A stretch of 63,589 nucleotides of DNA, filler included, from an uncultured bacterium (GTDB lineage Bacteria; CAZDME01; JAYEMH01): NCBI GenBank assembly GCA_964506785.1. It is 3 parts of 3 records of this genome, joined end to end, with 100 filler letters (N's around TTAATTAATTAA, not from the genome) between each part and the next. Parts side by side here need not be neighbours in the genome. Positions count along the whole stretch, not along the records: positions 21,874 to 43,645 come from CAZDME010000018.1; positions 43,746 to 63,589 come from CAZDME010000022.1; 1 more part is not named here. One strand, written 5' to 3'. Below, in pieces: positions 42,467 to 52,200 of the stretch. The notes below the pieces were generated by a model, which did not search any database, was not told the DNA's origin, and was given only the letters and a program-made list of their open reading frames with translations. Within the stretch, counting starts at the first letter, position 1, and the number at the start of each line of letters is the position of its first letter. The translations under genes were made by a program, and so were the position numbers.

Positions 42467-42552
42467 GAATAGCTCATGGCTGCTGGCCATTGGTTCAAAA
42501 AGTTAAGGTATATTGACTATGAGCCACGAGCTATGAGCGAACAGCGAAATTT

Positions 42553-42642
42553 GGAGAGGTGCCGGAGCGGCCTATCGGAGCTGCCTGCTAAGCAGTTGAG
42601 CCTTTTTTGGCTCCCAGGGTTCGAATCCCTGCCTCTCCGCCA
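42553..42642 (+). tRNA. tRNA-Ser(GCT)
   Basis: GGAGAGG acceptor, GCT anticodon, long variable arm, encoded CCA. Confidence 0.97.
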
Positions 42643-42754
42643 TTCTGCTTTGCTCAAAGTTTTTCAGCTTTGAGCTTCGGAGAAATTGGCGAAGCAGAAT
42701 GCTCCTGCGAAGCCCTACTGGAGTTTTTGTGTTGAAGGGCGAAGCAGAGCAGGA
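42641..42754. repeat. REP-like palindromes between tRNA-Ser and the GIY-YIG gene
   Basis: CATTCTGCTTTGC/GCGAAGCAGAATG and TCCTGC/GCAGGA stems; GGCGAAGCAGA present twice. Confidence 0.7.
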
Positions 42755-42759
42755 CAATT

Positions 42760-43008
42760 ATGGATATGCATATAGTTTACATACTTATCAGCAAAACATA
42801 TCCAGACAGAATTTATATTGGCTTGACTGAAGATATTTCTCGTCGAGTGGATGAACATAATGCTGATAAGTCATATTATAGCCGTAAATATGGGCCTTGG
42901 GAATTAGTCACATACATAACTTTCAGCCAGAAGAAAAAAGCTGTTGAATTTGAGCGATACTTAAAATCAGGATCAGGATTTGCGTTTTTAAAAAAGCGGT
43001 TTATCTAA
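42760..43008 (+). CDS. stand-alone GIY-YIG nuclease
   Basis: VYIL...YIG.T....RR..EHN...E.YLKSGSG. Confidence 0.92.
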   Translation: MDMHIVYILISKTYPDRIYIGLTEDISRRVDEHNADKSYYSRKYGPWELVTYITFSQKKKAVEFERYLKSGSGFAFLKKRFI

Positions 43009-43051
43009 AGTGCCAGTCTTTAGAATGAACCCTCCGACGAGGAGGGAAGGA

Positions 43052-43218
43052 AAAATTGCCAATGCATTAAATGTTGGCGTTGATGATTTAATGAAATAGT
43101 TATGGCAAATAAAAATCTTACCAAAGTCGAAAGTGGTGTTGTTAAAAAGCCAAGCGTGCAAACTATGGCAAAGATTGCCAAAGCCCTCGGCGTTTCGCTT
43201 GATGATTTAATAAAATAG
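43052..43218 (+). pseudogene. two tandem C-terminal remnants of XRE-family HTH (controller-like) genes
   Basis: KIANALNVGVDDLMK* (43052-43099) and MANKNLTKVESGVVKKPSVQTMAKIAKALGVSLDDLIK* (43102-43218). Confidence 0.75.
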
Positions 43219-43222
43219 ATTT

Positions 43223-43645
43223 ATGGCGAATAATAAAAATTACAAAGGTTCATTGCGGCTGGATTGGATAAATAAAGACCTTTCCCTTTATTACGAAATT
43301 GATGAAAAACAAGGAAAAGGCGTTCGTCCTGTTTGGGTACCGAAAAATGACATTCGCGTTGCCGAGCCGCGCATTTTAAAATTCGCTAAAAACTATGGCG
43401 ACCCTACAAGTGAAAACATGCTTATCAAAGGCGACAATCTTTTAGTATTGCGAAGTTTAGTTGAGATGTTTAAGGGCAAACCCGATAAAGAAAAAATTAA
43501 ATGTATCTACATTGATCCGCCGTTTAATACTGGAAATGCTTTTGAAAGATATGATGACAATCTTAAACATTCTGAATGGTTGACTATGATGAGAGACCGC
43601 TTATTCTTGTTGCGAAAGCTGATGAGAAAAGATGGAGTATTTTTT
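43223..43645 (+). CDS. N6-adenine DNA methyltransferase, type III Mod-like (3'-truncated)
   Basis: NMLIKGDNL, IYIDPPFNTG, HSEWLTMMRDRL. Confidence 0.9.
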
Positions 43646-43745
43646 NNNNNNNNNNNNNNNNNNNNNNNNNNNNNNNNNNNNNNNNNNNNTTAATTAATTA
43701 ANNNNNNNNNNNNNNNNNNNNNNNNNNNNNNNNNNNNNNNNNNNN
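43646..43745. other. artificial contig linker
   Basis: N44-TTAATTAATTAA-N44. Confidence 0.98.
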
Positions 43746-44768
43746 TAATCCCTTCTCTTTTAAACCGTGGATTGACTTCATTTCATTTAAATCGGAAAAT
43801 TTATAGACTTCGGCACAGATAAATCCTTTTTCCATATCCGAATGGATTTTTCCGGCCGCTTCTTTAGCTTGAATTCCCGAAGGCACCGGCCAGGCCTGGA
43901 TCAATTCTGCCTCCGTGGTAAAAAAGGTGATAAGATTTAACAATTTATAGGCCGCTTTAACCAGCATTTCCAAGGAGGATTCTTTCATACCCAAATCCTT
44001 TTTAAATTCTTCTCGCTCTTTCTCTTTAAGTTCACCCAATTCTTTTTCCAAGGAGGCACATAAAGAAACTACCTGGGTTTCCTCCAATTCTGCTTTCTTG
44101 CGTATGGATTGAATAAAAGGGTGCCCGTATTGGAGAACGGCCTTTTCACCAACATTAGCCGCATAGAGAACCGGCTTGAGGGTAAGCAAACTATATCCTT
44201 TAATTCTAAAAATTTCTTCTTGAGAAAAAGACATCCCTCTAATCCTTTCGCCGCGGGATAAAGCCTCTTTTAATTTTTCCAGTAATTCCTTTTCCTTCTT
44301 GATTTTTTTCTCGCCGCTGCGAATCTGTTTCACAACCTTCTCCAGTTTCTTTTCAACGAGATTTAAATCGGCCAAAATTAATTCCGTGTCAATTATTTCG
44401 ATATCTCGAATCGGATCCAGACTCCGGGCAATATGGGCAATTTCTTTGTTTTCAAAACAACGGACCAGATGAATCAGAGCATCAGCCGATCGGACATAGG
44501 AAAGGAATTCATTGCCTAAACCTTCTCCTTGGCTGGCTCCTTTAACCAGCCCGGCTAAATCGACAATTTTTATTCTTGCGGGAATTTTTCTTTTTCCGCC
44601 AAGCAGCTCAAAAATTATATCTAAGCGTCCGTCATTCACAAATACGGCGCCGACATTCGGCTTGATGGTGCAAAAAGGATAATTTGAAACACCAACTTCG
44701 GCCCGGGTCAAAGCACTAAACAGGGTGGACTTGCCAACATTCGGCAAACCTATTATTCCCACCTGCAC
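43746..44768 (-). CDS. ychF: redox-regulated ATPase YchF (3'-truncated)
   Basis: GLPNVGKST, NYPFCTI.PN, DLAGLVKGAS.GEGLGN. Confidence 0.96.
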
Positions 44769-44849
44769 TAAGTTTTCTCCTGAAAGGTTATACCCCTAAA
44801 AGATTTTTAGTCCGAACTTAAAAGGATATTTCTCAATGCAACAAAATTA

Positions 44850-46970
44850 CTATTTAAACAGAGAATTTTTTAAAACAAAACTGGCAAAAACAATCGAAAC
44901 CATGGACATCAGTTTAATTAAAATATTCAGAGACGGACCGGCGGTATCTTTTAAGGGATCGCCGACCGTATCGCCAACCACCGCTGCTTTATGGGCAAAA
45001 GAACCTTTAGCTTTTTCGTCAGACTCGATGCATTTTTTCGCATTATCCCAGATACCACCGGCGTTCGCCATAGTAATGGCTAAAATGAACCCAGAGACTA
45101 AGGCGCCGGTTAAAAGCCCGGCCGCGGCTTCGACACCAAAAACTAAACCAATAATTAACGGTGAGGCTAACGCTATCAAGGCGGGAAAAATCATCTCTCT
45201 CTGGGCTGCTTTGGTACAAAGGTCAACACAACGGACATAATCGGCCTTGGCCTTTCCCTCCATTAAACCACATATTTCTTTAAACTGCCGGCGGACTTCT
45301 TCGACAATACTAAAGGCAGTCCGGCCAACCGCCCGGATAGTCAAAGAAGAAAAAAGAAATGGGAGGACACCGCCAATAAACAAACCGCAGATAACCGCCG
45401 GGTTCAATAACGACAAATTTATAACTTTAGAAAGATTGGCTTTGTCTATAATCAAATTTAATTCATTGCGATAGGCAGCAATTAAAGCCAGCGCCGTTAA
45501 AGCGGCCGAACCAATAGCAAAACCCTTACCAGTAGCTGCCGTGGTGTTGCCTAAGGCATCTAAGGCGTCGGTTCGCCGCCGAACCTCAGGAGGCAACCCA
45601 GCCATCTGGGCATTTCCGCCGGCATTATCGGCCACCGGGCCATAGGCATCAGTCGCTAAAGTCATCCCCAAGGTCGAAAGCATACCCACCGCGGAAATAG
45701 CCACTCCATATAAACCTAAATTAGGATTTTCTCCTCCGCCAGAAGCAAAATAGCTGATTAAAATCGCCAGGCTCACGGTTATTACCGGAATAACCGAAGC
45801 AAGCATTCCCCAGGCCAAGCCGTTAATTATCGTTATCGCTGAACCGCTTTTAGCCGATTCGGCGACACAACGCGTTGGAGAATAACGACTCGAAGTAAAA
45901 AATTCGGTGGAAAGGCCGATAATTACCCCGGCTAAAAGTCCAGATAAAACTGCCCAATAGATGTTAAAAAGTTGACTGCCTAAAATAAACTTGATTACAA
46001 AGAAAGCACCCCCGGCCACCAAAATTGCGGTGCCAAAAATACCCCGGCGCAAAGCCCTGAGCAAAGTAGCTACTTCTGCCTTATCTCCGGCCTTAATAAA
46101 AAAAGTGCCGATAATGGAAGCGATTACGCCGATTGAGGCCATAACCATAGGAACGGTTAATCCGGAAGTGCCTAATCCGGCGGCAACTCCTAAGGAGGCT
46201 GTGGCGACAATAGTGCCGACATAGGATTCATAAAGATCCGCCCCCATCCCGGCAACATCGCCAACATTGTCTCCAACATTATCAGCAATAACGGCGGCAT
46301 TCCGGGGATCATCCTCCGGAATATCCGATTCAACCTTGCCAACTAAATCCGCTCCCACATCCGCCGCTTTAGTATAGATGCCTCCACCGACGCGGGCAAA
46401 AAGAGCCTGAGAACTGGCTCCCATGCCAAAACAAAGCATGGTACTGGTAATATATTGGATTTTTTGCGGCTCAAGAATTTCTCCGGCAACCACTTTCGCC
46501 TGATAATACCAATTGAGAAAGTAATACCAGATACTTAAATCTAGAAGTCCCAAGCCCACAACTGCCATTCCCATGACGGCGCCGCTGGAAAAAGCAACCT
46601 TTAATCCCTGATTTAGACTAAATCTGGCCGCCTGAGCGGTTCTCCCTCCGGCCTGGGTAGAAAGAGTTAAACCAATAAAACCAGCCAATCCGGAAAAGAA
46701 ACCTCCGGTCAAAAAAGCAAAGGGAACAAAAATTACCAGATAGCCGCGCCAAACCAAAAGCAACAAAACAAAAAACATAAAGGCAAAAAAGAGGCCAACG
46801 CCGGTGTACTGCCGTTTTATGTAAGCTAAAGCGCCAACCCTTACGGCAGAGGCAATCTTCATCATCTCCGGACTTCCTTCATCTTTTTTCAAAACGTAAA
46901 TGATAAGCAGCGCCGCAAATACTAAGGCAGCGATTGAACCAACTGGTGCCAGCCAAATTAAATTAGCCAT
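44850..46970 (-). CDS. hppA: membrane-integral K+-dependent pyrophosphatase (probably Na+-translocating)
   Basis: [30 protein letters not shown] (Ala/Gly K+-dependence signature), [10 protein letters not shown]. Confidence 0.95.
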   Translation of the reverse strand: MANLIWLAPVGSIAALVFAALLIIYVLKKDEGSPEMMKIASAVRVGALAYIKRQYTGVGLFFAFMFFVLLLLVWRGYLVIFVPFAFLTGGFFSGLAGFIGLTLSTQAGGRTAQAARFSLNQGLKVAFSSGAVMGMAVVGLGLLDLSIWYYFLNWYYQAKVVAGEILEPQKIQYITSTMLCFGMGASSQALFARVGGGIYTKAADVGADLVGKVESDIPEDDPRNAAVIADNVGDNVGDVAGMGADLYESYVGTIVATASLGVAAGLGTSGLTVPMVMASIGVIASIIGTFFIKAGDKAEVATLLRALRRGIFGTAILVAGGAFFVIKFILGSQLFNIYWAVLSGLLAGVIIGLSTEFFTSSRYSPTRCVAESAKSGSAITIINGLAWGMLASVIPVITVSLAILISYFASGGGENPNLGLYGVAISAVGMLSTLGMTLATDAYGPVADNAGGNAQMAGLPPEVRRRTDALDALGNTTAATGKGFAIGSAALTALALIAAYRNELNLIIDKANLSKVINLSLLNPAVICGLFIGGVLPFLFSSLTIRAVGRTAFSIVEEVRRQFKEICGLMEGKAKADYVRCVDLCTKAAQREMIFPALIALASPLIIGLVFGVEAAAGLLTGALVSGFILAITMANAGGIWDNAKKCIESDEKAKGSFAHKAAVVGDTVGDPLKDTAGPSLNILIKLMSMVSIVFASFVLKNSLFK

Positions 46971-46994
46971 ATCTTAATTTCCTCCTCCGTTAAA

Positions 46995-47144
46995 TTAAAC
47001 TTTATCCGGCGAAATACGAACGGTCTTGCCGTTTTTCCAAATAGCAAGAGGACGGCCTGTTTTCTTATGTTGGGCCACCACCTCTTTTACTGCTTCTTTT
47101 AAAGCAATCATTGCTTTATCCTGTAAAGATTTTTTTCGTTTCAT
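46995..47144 (-). CDS. 49-aa small partner protein of the zeta-like ATPase (not in ORF track)
   Basis: MKRKKSLQDKAMIALKEAVKEVVAQHKKTGRPLAIWKNGKTVRISPDKV; GAGGT SD. Confidence 0.75.
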   Translation of the reverse strand: MKRKKSLQDKAMIALKEAVKEVVAQHKKTGRPLAIWKNGKTVRISPDKV

Positions 47145-47147
47145 AAG

Positions 47148-47726
47148 TTACCTCACTAATGCCTTTATTTTTTTGAATAACTCCTGATTGGTTATCACAA
47201 CATTCCCATTTTTCATTTTGGCTATTAATCTTGGTAGAGAGCCGGCATTATCAAACAACATCCATGAATTAAGTAAAGGCTGATATAATTTGAAAAAATT
47301 GCAGATGGATCTTTTAAAACGCCTCCTTACATCTTGAGCTGGAACATTATGTCCACCTTCTAAGACCCTGTCTTTAATACGGGCTATGGCCAGTTCCGAG
47401 TTCGGTATCCATAAAAAGAAAAGGTGGAGTTCATAACCTTTTAATTTTAAATTTGTAAAAAGATTGACATATAACCTGCCCGATAATGTAGTTTCAAAAG
47501 CAAAATCAACTCCTGAATCCTTAAATTCATGGATTTGAGATAAAACAAGTTTCCCCGCTTTAATGGCAACTTGTTTTGGAGAAAAAGGTGATAATCCCTG
47601 CGCAATAAGATCCGCATTTACAAAATTTGAACATCTGGCGTAATCTGGCAGAAACTTGTTGGCAAATGTTGTTTTTCCTGAACCGTTAGGCCCGGCGATT
47701 ATATAAACGTTTTTATGGTTTTTCAT
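47148..47726 (-). CDS. zeta-toxin-like P-loop ATPase (COG4185-like)
   Basis: IAGPNGSGKTT, FVNADLIA, FETTLS, RV.EGGH. Confidence 0.88.
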   Translation of the reverse strand: MKNHKNVYIIAGPNGSGKTTFANKFLPDYARCSNFVNADLIAQGLSPFSPKQVAIKAGKLVLSQIHEFKDSGVDFAFETTLSGRLYVNLFTNLKLKGYELHLFFLWIPNSELAIARIKDRVLEGGHNVPAQDVRRRFKRSICNFFKLYQPLLNSWMLFDNAGSLPRLIAKMKNGNVVITNQELFKKIKALVR

Positions 47727-47814
47727 CCGTTTTTAAAGTATCTCCTTTACCTCTAAAACCGCAGTAATCTTATATTCTAGATTGCTCTGCCAATTTCGAG
47801 TCTAAACTCGAAAT

Positions 47815-47888
47815 TGGCTGCCGAGCTTGGATTCGAACCAAGAAACCAGGCTCCAAAGGCCCGTGTGTTGCCATTACACCACTCGGCA
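47815..47888 (-). tRNA. tRNA-Gln(TTG)
   Basis: TGCCGAG acceptor, CGGGC-CTTTGGA-GCCTG anticodon arm, GGTTCGAATCC, encoded CCA. Confidence 0.96.
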
Positions 47889-47889
47889 A

Positions 47890-47951
47890 ATTCGTTATCT
47901 CGTTATTTCGTTATCTAGTTATTTCGTTATTCGTTACCCGTTATCCCGTTA
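47890..47951. repeat. about 8-nt periodic TCGTTAT tandem array
   Basis: TTCGTTATCTCGTTATTTCGTTATCTAGTTATTTCGTTATTCGTTACCCGTTATCCCGTTA. Confidence 0.85.
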
Positions 47952-48507
47952 GGCGGTTAAATCGATTCATGGCCGTATCAATCCCATCCTGAATAAAAAC
48001 CTCCACCGCCTTTACGGCCAGGTCAATTAAAGAAGCGAGTTCTTTTTTTTGCCTGCGGTTAAATTGAGCCAGAACATACCCCGCCAACTCCTTTTTTCCG
48101 CCGCCAGAGATTCCCACTCTCAAACGAGGGAAAACATCAGTCCCTAAAGAACCGATAATTGAAGCTAAACCGTTATGACCTCCGGCTGAACCCCGTTTTC
48201 GCAACCGCATACTTCCCCAGGAAAGATTAACATCATCCAAAACAATTAATAAATCACATATATCCAGCCGAAACTTCTTGATTAAACGGCCGACTGCCCG
48301 GCCGCTTAAATTAACATAGGTCTGGGGCTTGGCTAAAACTACCGATTTCCTTTTCAGAAGCCCCTTTCCCCACCGGGAAGAATAACTTTCCTCATCTAAT
48401 TTAAGCCTATATTTTTCTGCCAGAGCTTCAACCACTAAGAAGCCAAAATTGTGGCGGGTACTCCGGTAGAGGCGGCCTGGATTACCTAAGCCAACAATCA
48501 GCTTCAC
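47941..48507 (-). CDS. pth: peptidyl-tRNA hydrolase
   Basis: GLGNPG, TRHNxGF, GSAGGHNG. Confidence 0.97.
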   Translation of the reverse strand: MKLIVGLGNPGRLYRSTRHNFGFLVVEALAEKYRLKLDEESYSSRWGKGLLKRKSVVLAKPQTYVNLSGRAVGRLIKKFRLDICDLLIVLDDVNLSWGSMRLRKRGSAGGHNGLASIIGSLGTDVFPRLRVGISGGGKKELAGYVLAQFNRRQKKELASLIDLAVKAVEVFIQDGIDTAMNRFNRLTG

Positions 48508-48545
48508 AAAATTTCTCCTTCATTTCACCTGCTCTACACTGTTTT

Positions 48546-49280
48546 TTACATTTCTTTCTTTTCTTTTTTCTCTTCTTTTTTCGCTTCTTTCTTTTCTTCT
48601 CCCTTTCCTTCCGTTACATCCTCTACCTCTTCTTCCGGTTTCTTTCCTTTTTTAATCACTTCGGGTTCGGTAATTTCTTCCTCCGGCAACTTTTCCTCTT
48701 CAACTTCTATCTTTTTCGGCGCTCCGACCGAAATTACCACCTGTTCCAAATCAATCAGACTTTTAACTTTGGGAGGAATAGATAAATCTTTTACGTGGAT
48801 AGTATCTCCAATCATCATCTTGGAGACATCCAATTCAATCTTTTCCGGAATATCGCTTGGCAAGCATTCCACTTCTAATTCCCAAAGAACATGGTCTAAA
48901 ATTCCTTCCTGTTGAACCACCCCTGGCGCTTCACCTTTAATCACAATAGGAATTTTAGCCGTAATTTCTTTGTCAACAGCAAATTGATAAAAATCGACGT
49001 GCAGAATCCCATCCGAAGTGGGATTATGCTGTACTTCTTTTATAAAAACCTTCTTGGATACTTCCTTTTTCCCATCTTTTTTAATCTGGAGATCGATAAT
49101 GGCATTCTCCCCATAATCGGAATGTAAAACCTTTTTAAATTCCTTTTCGTTAATACCGATAAGAATATTTTCTTTTTTTCCATAGACAACTGCCGGAATA
49201 GAACCTTTGGTTCGCAGCCGCCGCGAAGCACCAGTTCCTCTTTCTTGGCGAAAATGAGCTGACAAAGATAACTCTTTCAT
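48546..49280 (-). CDS. rplY: 50S ribosomal protein L25/Ctc
   Basis: RRLR..G.IPAVVYG, HVDF, acidic/basic tail. Confidence 0.96.
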   Translation of the reverse strand: MKELSLSAHFRQERGTGASRRLRTKGSIPAVVYGKKENILIGINEKEFKKVLHSDYGENAIIDLQIKKDGKKEVSKKVFIKEVQHNPTSDGILHVDFYQFAVDKEITAKIPIVIKGEAPGVVQQEGILDHVLWELEVECLPSDIPEKIELDVSKMMIGDTIHVKDLSIPPKVKSLIDLEQVVISVGAPKKIEVEEEKLPEEEITEPEVIKKGKKPEEEVEDVTEGKGEEKKEAKKEEKKEKKEM

Positions 49281-49354
49281 TTTAAATAATCCTCCCGTTT
49301 ATTGGTAAAATACATTATACGCAAAATGCAAGGAAAAATTTAAGAAAATACAGC

Positions 49355-50299
49355 CTATACGAAGAGAGAGCTTACCGAGCTTCCTTCATGTATTCTGTTA
49401 ATCGCCTCTCCCAAGAGGTTGGCTATCGACAAAACCTCCAATTTAGGGCAATTTTTTGCTTCTTCCTTTAAAGGGATCGTATTCGTCACCACTAATTTTT
49501 TTAGATTGGATTTATTAATTTTTTTAAGCGCCAAACCGGAAAGAACCGGATGAGAACACCCAGCATAAATCTCCTTTGCCCCTCTTTTTTCAACGGCTTC
49601 AGCCGCCTTGACTAAAGAATCAGCGGTATCAGCCATATCATCCAGAATAAGGGCAGTTTTTCCTTCAATTTCACCAATAACATTCATTACTTCGCTAACA
49701 TTCGCTTTAGGACGGCGTTTATCAATCAGGGCTAAGCTAAAATTCATTCTGGCAGCAAAGGCCCTCGCCCGCTTGGCACTACCCATATCAGGAGAAACGA
49801 CAACGGCGTCATCTAATTTCAGTTTTTTAAAATAATCGATGAAAAGGGGGGCCGCAAAAAGATGGTCAACCGGAATATCAAAAAAACCCTGAATCTGTCC
49901 GGAATGTAAATCGATCGTGAGAATGCGGTCAGCCCCGGCCCGGGTAATCAAGTTGGCCGCCAGTTTAGCCGTAATAGGAACCCGGGGTTGATCCTTGCGG
50001 TCTTGACGGGCATAACCAAAATAAGGAATAACGGCGGTAATCCTATCAGCGGAAGCGCGTCTAAAAGCGTCAAGCATAATCAAAAGTTCCATAAAATTAT
50101 GGTTAACCGGCTGAGAAGTCGACTGGACGACAAATATATCCATACCGCGGACATTTTCATCAATCTTAATGGAAGTTTCTCCGTCGCTAAACTGTCCAAC
50201 AGTAAGACTACCTAAGCTGAGCCCCAGATACCTGGCAATTTCATCAGCTAACTTTCGGTTAGAATTACCGGTAAAAATTTTTAATGCCCCGTTATGCAT
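49355..50299 (-). CDS. prs: ribose-phosphate pyrophosphokinase
   Basis: FSDGE, YFGYARQDRK, DLHSGQIQGFF. Confidence 0.97.
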   Translation of the reverse strand: MHNGALKIFTGNSNRKLADEIARYLGLSLGSLTVGQFSDGETSIKIDENVRGMDIFVVQSTSQPVNHNFMELLIMLDAFRRASADRITAVIPYFGYARQDRKDQPRVPITAKLAANLITRAGADRILTIDLHSGQIQGFFDIPVDHLFAAPLFIDYFKKLKLDDAVVVSPDMGSAKRARAFAARMNFSLALIDKRRPKANVSEVMNVIGEIEGKTALILDDMADTADSLVKAAEAVEKRGAKEIYAGCSHPVLSGLALKKINKSNLKKLVVTNTIPLKEEAKNCPKLEVLSIANLLGEAINRIHEGSSVSSLFV

Positions 50300-50384
50300 T
50301 GTTCTCTCCTTTCACTCCGTTTAAAGTAATCCAGCCTCTTCCGCGAAAAAGCTGAGCGTGCTTGCCTGAAGCGGAGATTTTCTA

Positions 50385-51689
50385 TTAAGAAGTTTTAGTG
50401 ATTTTCGAACCAGCTTCGATATATTTATCTTTCTTTATTTTTACCGGCCCGATTATATTCGTATGACTGCCAATAACGACATTTTCGGCAATTAGAGTTT
50501 TTCCGCTCCTGGTTCCATTCAGATTAGAAATGATAGTTCCGGCTCCAACTTCAACATTTTTCTTTAAAAAACAATCTCCGATATAGGAAAGGTGACAAAT
50601 CCGTGAAGACTGCCCGATACGGCTTTTATTAATTTCTGCTAAATTTTCAACAACAGAGGCCTCTTCAATAATACTTCCTCCTCGAATATGGGAAAACGGA
50701 CCAATGGAAACTTTATCCTTGATTTTTGCCCCATCAACAATTGACATTAATACCTTAACATGATTTTTTATCTCGGCATTTTTGATGTGCGATTGCGGGC
50801 CAATTTGGCAGCCCTGTCCAATTGAGGTCTTCCCTCGAATAAAGGTAAAGGGATAAATGGTTGTATCCATACCAATTTTGACTCCGCTGTCAATAAAGGT
50901 GTTATCAGGGTCAATAATGGTTACTCCTCTTTGCATTAATTCATCCAGAATTCGATGGCGTAAAATACGCTGGGCCTGGGTAAGTTGTTTTCGAGTATTA
51001 ACGCCCAAAACTTCAGTCGCATCTAAAATGGCTAATCTTTCCACCGGAAGCTTTAGTGAAACAAAAATTTCAATGACGTCAGTTAAATAATACTCTTCCT
51101 GTTTATTATGAGACCTCACTTTTTCCAAAGATTTAAAAAGAAGCTGGCTGTCAAAACAATAGGTGCCGGCATTAATCTCCCGGATTTTTGCCTCTTTTGG
51201 CGATAGGTCGCGGTCTTCAGTGATTTTTTTAATTCTTTCTTTTTCATCTAAAATTATCCGTCCATACCCGGTAGGGTTGGAAATCTCGGTAGTCAAAACG
51301 GTAGCGGCTGCCCCGGTCGATTTATGTTTCTGGATGAGCTTGCGCAAGGTATGCGGCGTTAAAAGAGGGGTATCTCCGCAAACGACTAAAATCGTCCCGG
51401 AAAAGCTTCTAAGCCGGGATTTTGTCTGCAGTACGGCATGGCCCGTCCCCAAGCGCTTTTTCTGCACGATAAACTCAACCGATTTATCCCCTTGAAGTAT
51501 TTTTTTAGTAAACGATTTCCCCTGTTCGCTGACTATGACTAAATTCCTCGTTAAGGGAATTTTTCCCAGGGTCTCGGTTATATATTTAATCATCGGTTTC
51601 CCGACTACCTCATGAATTATTTTCTGAAAATTAGACTTAATCCGGGTGCTCTGACCGGCCGCTAAGACCACACCAATCACATCCTTCAT
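50385..51689 (-). CDS. glmU: GlmU (uridylyltransferase plus divergent left-handed beta-helix domain)
   Basis: LAAG..TR.KS, LGTGHA, GDTPL, GYGRI, EYYLTD, HLSYIGD; located between spoVG and prs. Confidence 0.88.
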   Translation of the reverse strand: MKDVIGVVLAAGQSTRIKSNFQKIIHEVVGKPMIKYITETLGKIPLTRNLVIVSEQGKSFTKKILQGDKSVEFIVQKKRLGTGHAVLQTKSRLRSFSGTILVVCGDTPLLTPHTLRKLIQKHKSTGAAATVLTTEISNPTGYGRIILDEKERIKKITEDRDLSPKEAKIREINAGTYCFDSQLLFKSLEKVRSHNKQEEYYLTDVIEIFVSLKLPVERLAILDATEVLGVNTRKQLTQAQRILRHRILDELMQRGVTIIDPDNTFIDSGVKIGMDTTIYPFTFIRGKTSIGQGCQIGPQSHIKNAEIKNHVKVLMSIVDGAKIKDKVSIGPFSHIRGGSIIEEASVVENLAEINKSRIGQSSRICHLSYIGDCFLKKNVEVGAGTIISNLNGTRSGKTLIAENVVIGSHTNIIGPVKIKKDKYIEAGSKITKTS

Positions 51690-51713
51690 CTCTTCACCTG
51701 TTGAAATTTAAAA

Positions 51714-52142
51714 TCAAACCTGGGATTCCCCTATATTTAGTCCCGGGGTTGATTTTGCCTTTTCCTTCTCATAAGCTTCCAGAACGGTTTTTTGAACGTA
51801 GTTCCGGGTTTCGACAGAAATAGGATGAGCAATGTCTTTGTGTACTTCTTGATGAGCTTCACCTTCACGAGTCGGCATCGAGGCATTTATCTTTGGCAAT
51901 ACAGATTCTACCGGAGCCCCGCAGGCATTACAAAATTTGCTTCCAATAACATTGGGATGCCCGCATTTAAGGCAAGGCTGGCGGAGTTTCCGACTGGGCA
52001 TAGCAATAAACAATCCTTTTTTTCCATCGATAACTTTTAAATCCCGAATGATAAAGCAGTTGTCTAAAGTAATGCTGGCATAGGCTCTCAGTTTTCCCTC
52101 TTGAGAATTTCGCATAAAAACCCTGACTTCTGTAATCTCCAC
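51714..52142 (-). CDS. spoVG: SpoVG with inserted zinc ribbon
   Basis: EITEVRV, IRDLKVIDG, GLFIAMPSRK, DIAHPI; CLKC...CNAC insert. Confidence 0.92.
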   Translation of the reverse strand: MEITEVRVFMRNSQEGKLRAYASITLDNCFIIRDLKVIDGKKGLFIAMPSRKLRQPCLKCGHPNVIGSKFCNACGAPVESVLPKINASMPTREGEAHQEVHKDIAHPISVETRNYVQKTVLEAYEKEKAKSTPGLNIGESQV

Positions 52143-52200
52143 TGTCCTCACTCCCTTCTTTGGCATTCAATCATCCCCGAACGTTTCTTCAAGCTTCCTC

